Shown: in pieces, positions 55,793 through 64,000 of the stretch | Numbering within the stretch: position 1 is the first letter of the stretch | Layout: every line of letters starts with the position of its first letter | Assembly (NCBI GenBank): GCA_019828565.1 | Contig: JAHDYR010000064.1 | Span: forward strand, 665,162 to 729,161 | DNA length: 64,000 nucleotides | Direction: 5' to 3' | Origin: Carpediemonas membranifera BICM | Lineage: Eukaryota; Protista; Fornicata | Program-made: the position numbers and the translations under genes | Notes under the pieces: generated by a model | What the model was told of the DNA's origin: nothing | What the model saw: the letters and a program-made list of their open reading frames with translations, nothing else | Database searches by the model: none

Positions 55793-58700
55793 ATGGGAGA
55801 AACTGGAAGGCCTGGACGGAGACCTCACCCGGATATGTACATGTGGCCCGACTTTCGGACCCAAAAATTCCGACCCAGTTTATGGACTAGGAAAAGGGGA
55901 GAAATTTTGCACTCAACAATGCAGGTAGAAATACCGACAAGGATCAGGGATTCCACACAGAAGCAGTGGGAGGACATCAGGGAACTACTGGACAGCTTCC
56001 TCGCTGAAAGGAACGATTCAAGGACTCTACTTCTTCGTAGAACAGGCAAGTTTACAGGAAAGTCGCTCAATGCGAACTCCAAAGGACGCAAGGAAGTAAT
56101 CATGAACGCCAGACGCATCCTCTTCGCAACCGGCGTCACTGACAACAAGGACATCATCCTCAGGAACCCATGCGGCATCCACGGCCTCCGCGACCTTTTC
56201 TACATGCTCACAGAGGCGCTCAACCCCAGAGAAGAGGAAGCAAAGGACATGGCACAGGCACTGGAGCCCAAGACGCTGAAAGCGGGCTTCACTGGCATGG
56301 CAAGATGGCCATCTGAGAAGGACATCGAGACGGCGATCCTCAAGCCGAAGGAAGATGGGCCCATCGAATGGGATGTAGACAGGGACAGCGTCAAGAAGGC
56401 CGAAGGGTCGTTCATACTGGTATCAGGGGCTCATGGAGACGAGGCCGTAGAAGGCGTGCCTTACGACAAGGTATGGGATCCGGCAAACCAAGGCCCGGTC
56501 ACCAGAGTGGCCTACGAGCAAGAGGACTGCAAGTACAGGGTCATCCTAGAGCTAAGCGACACGTCAGCATGGTCCATCAGCCGCTTCATGGAGGAGGCTA
56601 GGGACATCCTCAGGCTTCAGGCACCGGAGGCCCCGGCCATATGGCAGGCAGCATGGAACAAGTCAGGGATCTACCTGAAGGGCAGAACCAATATCCTGGG
56701 CGAAGGGGAGGAGACCCCCTTAGCAACGAGCCGCCGTTCCGGAAGGTGAGGCTGGAAGTGCTCAAGGCCACCTCGGTCCGCAGCAATAGGGACGAACATG
56801 CCGATCTGGACAGGTCGTCCGCTAGCACGGTCATCGACGGAGACGAGGAGCAACATGTCAAGGACAAGGAGGAACGACGCCAGCAGGCCACCATGCCCGG
56901 CAGGAGAAGCCTCGACGACAGCCTCCTGGAAGTGAACAAGGACATGGTCGGGGCCAACCAAGGCAAGATCGACCAGGACGAGGAGGTCGACTCAAACAAG
57001 GACAGCAGTCAGCCGCCGAGGATGCCTAGAAAGGACAAGGAGAAACGACTGGTGATCGGAGCCATCGACTTCGAGTGCGCAGACCCTGGCGTCAAGAAGG
57101 CAGGGATCCCTGCCATCCCGGTTGAGGGCGGGATCGTACTCTTTGACCTCAGCACTGGGGACATTCTTGGACACGGGCATGGCCTGTATTACCAGGACAT
57201 ACCGGCAGCAAGCATGGACCAAGCGAGGTACACGGCATGGGCAGTGACGGGGCTGCCGCCGGCCACCTTCGTGGAGGTCGGGACGGGGCGGCCGCCGATC
57301 GAGTATGAGAAGCACATGCATACTTTCAGGGACTGGGCCAACCGCCTGGCGGCTCAGCTGGCAAGGATCGAAAGGTCGGAGGGTTGGAAGATAATCATGT
57401 ATGCAAAGGGGGTGGAGATGGAAAGCTTCCTCCTCACGAACCCCACAAATGGACTGGAGCAAGGAACCAGGGAATTCTTCCAAGCTAGGCTGGTGGACGA
57501 GAAGAAGCTACCAGAGATCCTGGAGAACAACGGCAAGGAGGAGGCTGGCCAAAACCTCAGGGACAACCTCGACAAGGCCAACTACCTGGAAGCAGTAACA
57601 ACATGGTCAAATGGATGGCAGAACAGGAGCGAGCCCAAGGGAGTCTGTCCGTACCACAGACATACCGCGGGTTGCTACCACTGTGGGTTGGCGGATACAG
57701 TAGTCTTCACAGCCAGGATCAGGGCCCTATGCAAGGAGAGGATGAGCACCCCAGACGTCTACCACTACATGGGTAAGGCACTCGACAAGACCATGGAAGC
57801 AGTCGGGAAGGCGGAGCCGGGCATGGATATCATGGGAGGCCCGGAATTCGCGACAAGGAGGGACACCTTTGAGATCTTCGGCACGTACCCGATCGGGGAC
57901 GCAAGGGACGTCAGCAGGGAAGTCGGCGACAGGATCCTCGTAGTCCCGGACAACGGACACCGCTTCGGCATCGGCTTCGGGTTCGGGGAGGTTCTGTTGG
58001 GCATGAAGGGCATCTTACTGGCCCCCCTCACAATCATGGACAACGAAGGAGTGCTGGAGAGAAGCCCGCTATGGACCATCATGGAAAGAGCCACGGCTAA
58101 CCAGCTCCGCATGGTACGCGTCAGGAAGGGCCTAGGGGCAGCAAGGGAGGAGGACATCATAACCATGGCCATGCTATACGAGTGGTGGCCCTCGAAGGAG
58201 GCTACGGCTCATCAAGGAGTCTGGGGCTGCGACGACCTAGCAGAGAGCCTCAGGGACTATGAGAAGGTCATAGTCAACGTCAAGGCCCCCAGGAACAGGG
58301 GGTAGGATCACCCTAGGGGCGAGCTTCATCCCGAGAGACTGGGGCATGGTCAGGGTCAGCGAGGCTGGGACCATCCTAAGCCGCATGCGCAAGGAAGGGG
58401 CCAGACTAGTCTCGGCAGCTATCCCGGACGAGCCCAGAGCCAACACAGTCAATGTCCCAGGCATCACGTATGTCCCCACCATCGACGGAAAGTCCGAACA
58501 GCCATACCAAAGTAGGTTCTTCGACAACGGCCTGGAGGAAAAGGCGAGGCGGATTAGCACCAGGATGGTGGGCAGGCACTTCGGCCAGGACGCGGATCAA
58601 GGACATCACGACCAGCATGGAGACAGGGAAGAGGACAGAAGGGTAGGACACGGAGCTGGCGGTAGAGCTGGTGTCAGAGCTGACGACAGAACCGGCGACA

Positions 58701-59296
58701 GAGCTGGTAACATGAACAGGACCTCGGATCGTAACCACGGAGGAGACGACAGGGAGAGACAGGACAACACGGGAACGCAGATGAGAGGTTCGTTCAGCGG
58801 GAACACCTGGGCCGGTAGAGGCTCAGAGGGAGGCATGGACAACAGCAAGGATCACTCTTCCTCCACGACGCTCAAGCGCAAGGAGGGCAGCACGAGTAGG
58901 ATCATGGACTCGGACAGCGGAAAGAGAAGCAGGCACGAAGAGGACACGGACTGGGAGTCTGGAAGCAGACAGGCAACCGGCATGGACTCGGAGAAGCTGC
59001 GGCTCCGAAAGCAGTTGGCAGAGGCGCAACAAGAGATCTCAGCGCTCAAGGCTGCCCGACTCATGCAAGAGCAAGGCCACGGAAGGTTGGTGCTCTCCGG
59101 CGCCGCGACTAAGCCCAGCAAGGAGAAGCCCACGATCCCCCGGCACAAGCACAAGAAGGCTAAGAAGGCCAAGCAGATCTCACCCATGGACCTGATGACC
59201 CAGTTCATCATGGTAATGCAGAGTCTACAAGGACAGCAAGTGAGTCAGGCCGAGGACAGCTGCAGCGGCAGTGGGGAGTCCACGGAGGAGGAGTAA
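55793..59296 (+). CDS. LINE ORF1 (three abutting frames, probably one ~1160-aa ORF) with a central Maelstrom-like DEDDh nuclease domain and C-terminal coiled coil
   Basis: ORFs 55793-56749, 56641-58305 and 58346-59296 can be joined at homopolymer runs. Motifs: IDFE...PVE...YAKGVEME...CPYH-x8-C with HCGLAD. Confidence 0.7.
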
Positions 59297-59351
59297 GGAC
59301 ATGGTAAAGCAGTATTCTTTCAAGGAACAAGCAACATTTTCTATATAATTC

Positions 59352-59612
59352 ACAAGCCCTGGCTCCCACCCAGGGCCCGGCATTAGCTGAAATGCACTGC
59401 CGGTAGGCTGTAGCGGCAGCCAAAGGGGGGGTCACGTCATATCGTCCCCCTCCTAAGTACCCTGCCCGAAGAATGGAAGGTCACCAGGTGGTAACAAGGT
59501 TGGCCTGACAAGGGTCACCGAGACCGGCATCTAGGCCCCTTGTCAGGACAAGGATAGCAGGAGAGGAGCGGGAAGCTGGGGCTCCCAAATTCTGGGAATT
59601 CGCAGGATAAGG
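59352..59612 (+). ncRNA. Conserved structured inter-ORF RNA (copy 2)
   Basis: Hairpins gccctgg/ccagggc, ccggca/tgccgg, ggctg/cagcc, ggggg/ccccc and cctgacaaggg/cccttgtcagg; covariation with 4093-4347. Confidence 0.6.
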
Positions 59613-59628
59613 AAACAGGACAAAGGCA

Positions 59629-62600
59629 ATGGTAACCTACAAGATACTTAGTCTGAACACAGAGGGACACATAGGAAGAGGAAAGGACTTCACGGCGTCT
59701 ATGGCAACGGCGATTCAGCTAAGGTTGAAGGACATAGAGGCAGTACTCATACAAGAGACATGGAGAACGGCGAATACGAGGGTTCATTGCTTCATGGACC
59801 TTGACTACGCACTAGCAGGGAGGGAGACGGAAGAGGACCTGGTCTTAGCCAACGAAAAACGAAAGGCGGATGTCAAAAGTCAGCACCGCATCAACCGACA
59901 ACTAGGCATAGCAGGCAATGACGAACCTGCGCCAAGATGGAAGGGAACAAGGGAAGGCATCGGCACGATAGTGAGCCCACATGCAACTGCAAAGTGGGAC
60001 ATCGGCATATCGGACAGCCTATCGGGAAGAGTGCAAGCCAGCATAATGAGAACCGGCAGGGACATACCAGTCATCAACGTGTATGGCCCTCCATCCGGCC
60101 ACAGCAAGCAGGAGAAGGATGGATTCAGGGACACTATACAGAAGATCATGGACATGAAAGGGAGCATGGAGGCCATAATTATGGGAGACTGGAACATCGA
60201 CCCAGGCCAGATGGAAAGATCCACCCGGTGGAAGGATATGATGGAGAAGCACAGGCTCAAAGCCATCATACCCAAGTCTGGGACGCTCACATCAGGAACA
60301 TCAACCCCGGACTTTGCAGTGACAACACCAGGAATCCAGGGGGCGGAGATTGAGGTGGTAGAGTCTCAGAAGGTCGGGGTATGGGGCTCAGCACACAATG
60401 GAATCACACTAGCATGGAAGGAACAACGGTACTATGGCAGAAGTGAGCGAGACGTGGCTCTGGCCATACCCGAGGTGCACACCTGGCCCATGAAAAAGAA
60501 GGAGGGGCCAGTCACAGTCTCAAAGCTGAACAGGATCAAGAGCTCGGACCAATGGGAAGAGACTATAAGAGCATGCATGGGCGACCCAGTGAACAACAGG
60601 GGAGCAAAGGCAAGGGACAAAGTGTTCGGGAACGGAGTGTGGAGCGAACTCCAGCGAACCCCATGGACAGAAATAGGCAACAGGACCAGGAAGGAAAGGA
60701 TGAAAGAGGAGCTGGAGAAATTCTGGGGAGAGCGCAGGGCCAAATGGGTGGCCGACCTCAGCAGAAGTGCAAAAGGGGGGTATAGGGCCTCAAGGGCTTC
60801 AGTGGAAGCTGCCATCAGAAGGTGGTGGTGTGATAACCAATACAAGGGAATGCCGGAGAGCCTCCTCAAGGACGGAGTGATAACCACGGACAAGGCGGCC
60901 ATCAGCGAGATCCTCTTGCAACAGTATGCTAGAGTCAGCAGAGGCAGGAAACCCACCTGGAAGACATGGAGGGGCAGGGACGGAAATGAGTTCAAGGAAA
61001 GCGAGGTCAAAGCCGCAATCAAAAGGATCAGGAGGGACACCGCACCAGGGCCTGACCTCACATCTGGAGACATGCTGAGAGAGCTGGATGAGAAAGGCCT
61101 TAGGGAAGTGACGAGGCTCATCAACAGGGTCTACAGGGAGGGCGACGTACCCAAAGCATGGAAGTATGCCACAGTGTCGGCCATACACAAGACAGGGAAG
61201 CCAAGGGTCAAGCCGGAATCATATAGACCAATATCCTTGACACCATTGCTGTACAGGGTCTATGGTAGATTGCTCAAGATACGTCTGGAAGCAGCAACGA
61301 AAAGGTTCATACCAAGAGAACAGGCTGGTTTCCAGTCAGACAGGGACGTCATCCAGCAGATACAGTACATTGTGCAGCGGCACCAGGAGGGGGTGAGACC
61401 ACGTCAATCTTTCTGGACATCGAGAAGGCATATGACACGGTACCAAGGGACACTCTCATGGATAAGCTACAGGGTATGGGGGTGGAGGAGCACTTGATCA
61501 GGGCAATTCAAGGCACAATAAAGGAAACCTGGATATCAGTCAAGGGGGCAAAGGCATGGGAAAGAACCAACAGGGGAGTTAAGCAAGGGTGCGTCCTGGC
61601 ACCGACACTGTTTGTGCTGTTCATGGCTAACTGGCCCCACCTGGCCAGAAAGAAAATCAAGGGAGAACGGTACGACATCAGAGAACCGCCAAGGACCACG
61701 AGCCACCTCAGCGACCGACTACCGGCAGCACTTACCATGTTTGTGGATGACACTGCGGTCACAGGGAGCAAACCGGAGCATAGCCAGATGGTCGCCAACA
61801 TAATGGTGGACATAATCAGAGAGCATGAAATGAGGGTGAACGCCCAGAAGAATGTAATGATTAGCGTGGAGAGCAGCCCTAGTCAGGATCGAGGGGGTAA
61901 CACTACTGCCAGAGAAGGAGGCGAGATACCTGGGATTATGGATCGCAAGTGGGAAGGACCCTATGTCGGCCTGCATAAGGCGGAAACAGGAGCAGAGCGA
62001 AAGGTACAAGAGACTGGTGAGATGGGCAGGGTGGACCAGGGCAAACATGCCAGCACTAGCGAGCAGGCTACTACTGGAAATATATATATGGCCCAGGATC
62101 CTCTTCGGAGTCGAGGTGTGGGGGAACGCACCGGGAGGTAGAAGGATCTGGAATGACTGGCAGGGAATCATGGCAGGAACAGGACCGGGAGGGGGCGCAG
62201 CCATGAGGCTGATGAATGGATGGGTGGACCTCCAGGCACACATGGAAGGGCTGGCAGTCAAAAGGATAGTCAACTACAGGGACCAGGATATACCAGTCAG
62301 AAACAGAGAATGGGGGCGGGGCACGGTTATGTGGGAAGCTAGGGAGAGAGTGCAGCATCTACTGGAGGGCACCAGAGAGGGAGCCCCTAAACCAGCGCTA
62401 CTGGATTATGGCATGGAAACGATCAGGAGGGGGTGGATGAAGCGGTGCAAAAGCCGTACGGCACTAGGACTAATGGAAATCATGGGGACAAGGAAATTAA
62501 GCAAGTGTCTGCAAGGTAAGCCTACGGTAGACCGAAAGGCTGGGAAGGGGCAAAGCAGGGCGGAATGGAAGAGAATTGTATCCATTGCAGCCAATGTCAG

Positions 62601-63069
62601 CCCATCCCCATCGTCGGCAGAGAGAGGGGAGGGCCCTATGAGAGCCATCACAGAGCTGGCCCAAGGCGCTGACCTGAAGAGAGAAATTAGCAGACTATGC
62701 CCCCTATGCTCGGAGGAGTCGGAGGTGAGCCTGTTCTACAGGATCATTAGGGAAAAGCCAGGACCAGCAAGGAAGCAGGAAATGATCAGGGAGTGGGCAG
62801 AGGGCCAGAGGCTAGGATCGGCAGCGCACATAATCTGTGAATGCCCGGCAGTAGACAGGGGAGATGCTTGGACAAAGCTGTGGACAGCAGCGAAGCACAA
62901 AACTAAGGACTTGGAAGTAAGGCAGGGCCCACAGGGCGAATGGTACCAGGAAAGACCCATCCTAGAATTACAGCAACTAATAATATGGGGCTCGGAGGAC
63001 ATTTGGGAAGGCCTCACGGCAGGACTACGGGAACTGGCAAAGGTTTACAACAGCTTCAAGGTGGAATAG
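59629..63069 (+). CDS. LINE ORF2: APE endonuclease, RT, C-terminal CCHC (frameshifts at ~61400 and ~61880)
   Basis: Motifs: SLN, QET, NVYGP, GDWN, SAHN; APGPD, YRPISL, EQAGF, GVKQGCVLAP, FVDD; CPLC...HIICEC. Confidence 0.93.
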
Positions 63070-63979
63070 AAGCATGTCATGAACCCATGACTCCAGGACC
63101 GGGAAGGGATGGACAAGGAATCAGCCATGGACCACCCTCGCTGGGTGCTAAGCTCCTGGGATCAGTGAGGAAAGGCCCCACGTATCCCGGTAGCCAGGAA
63201 CCAAAGCAAGGGAAGGAACGACTGCAAGGAAAGAACAGGAAGGACAGAACAGAAATAAGAAAGAAAGGACATGCCACAAGGACAGAGCAAGGATAAGGTC
63301 AAGGAAATCCATATTCATATGGTTGCACCACTCGTTGGGACCCCAAGGAAACTGCAGGGACTGGCCACGGGGGTCGGAGGGGCACAGGTGCCCCTGCCGC
63401 CATTGTTAACGACATGGGAAACCAGGGACATGTAGTGCAAGCGAAATGTTGTAAGGGGTAACAGGACAACCAGGCCCAGTGCCTGGGGGTACACCACCCA
63501 TGCCCTGACCCACGCCACCTAACCGGGGTAGACAGCATGGACTTAGTCACTTTCCCCGCCTTCGGGTAGGCTTCTTAACAGAGTCGAGGGGGCATGGAAT
63601 TGGGGAACCGGACAGACGAGAGGGTGCCGTGGCTGAACGGCTCTACAAGGACTGCAGGGAAGCAAGGAGTGTCATAGTCAAGGTTCTGCAGGACGATCCT
63701 GCCTGTCAATGCCCCGAGGACAGACCCCCAGGCTCCCCGGATAGTTGCCGGACTTTCAGGGAGACAGGAAAGCATATTTGCACGGAGATGGCCGCAGGGC
63801 CTCTGGGGCGATTGGAATCGGCTTTCCGCGGAGACAGTAGCACCGAAAGCCCAAGGCAAACGCTGCTGACCAGTTTGCCACGGGAAATAGGCAGTACCCC
63901 GGGGCACTCAGTTCCAAGACAACGGGAAACAAGCTCAGTCCGGGGTCAGAATCCAAGCACCATAAATTTCTTCTTCTTC

Positions 63980-64000
63980 TTCCCGCTTGTATTCCTTCGC
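63980..64000 (-). mobile_element. Start of another GD-family gag fragment
   Basis: ttcccgcttgtattccttcgc matches ~30443-30463. Confidence 0.7.

Larger units (their letters stand above)
55706..63982 (+). mobile_element. Near full-length APE-type non-LTR retrotransposon (LINE) with a large ORF1 and (TTC)n tail
   Basis: Starts at the P3 breakpoint, has a uniformly purine-rich coding strand, ORF2 APE-RT-CCHC, a ~0.9-kb 3' UTR and a ttcttcttcttcttc tail. Confidence 0.88.

Noticed and set aside
255-63069. Programmed ribosomal frameshifts in pol, ORF1 and ORF2
   Set aside because: The shifts fall inside conserved domains, often at homopolymers, and near-identical P3 copies differ at such a run. 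Sequencing indels or decay are more likely.
347-63956. Numerous short antisense or overlapping ORFs in the ORF track
   Set aside because: These are shadow frames of GC-rich TE coding sequence without motifs.

Overview
This is a eukaryotic (probably protist) nest of retrotransposons with no ordinary housekeeping genes. It holds pieces of at least seven Ty3/Gypsy lineages, most of them chromoviruses, with very short LTRs (53-130 bp) and 4-bp TSDs where both ends survive. It also holds three split-direct-repeat (PAT/DIRS-like) tyrosine-recombinase retrotransposon families stacked head-to-tail beside a tRNA-Glu/tRNA-Phe pair, a near full-length APE-type LINE plus a deleted relative, and two divergent genes, each split by a Gypsy insertion (an OTU-like protease and an apparently inactive tyrosine-recombinase-like protein). 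Four observations stand out. (1) All five Gypsy elements with a visible 5' LTR lack a tRNA PBS and instead carry a perfect 12-14 bp palindrome starting at the last LTR base (four different sequences), which points to tRNA-independent priming. (2) The LINE ORF1 encodes a Maelstrom-like DEDDh/ECHC nuclease domain. (3) YR retrotransposons abut the 5' ends of both tRNA genes. (4) A covarying structured RNA lies upstream of LINE ORF2. Many frameshifts fall in homopolymers and may be sequencing errors. All calls were made by eye without database searches, so coordinates may be off by a few bases.
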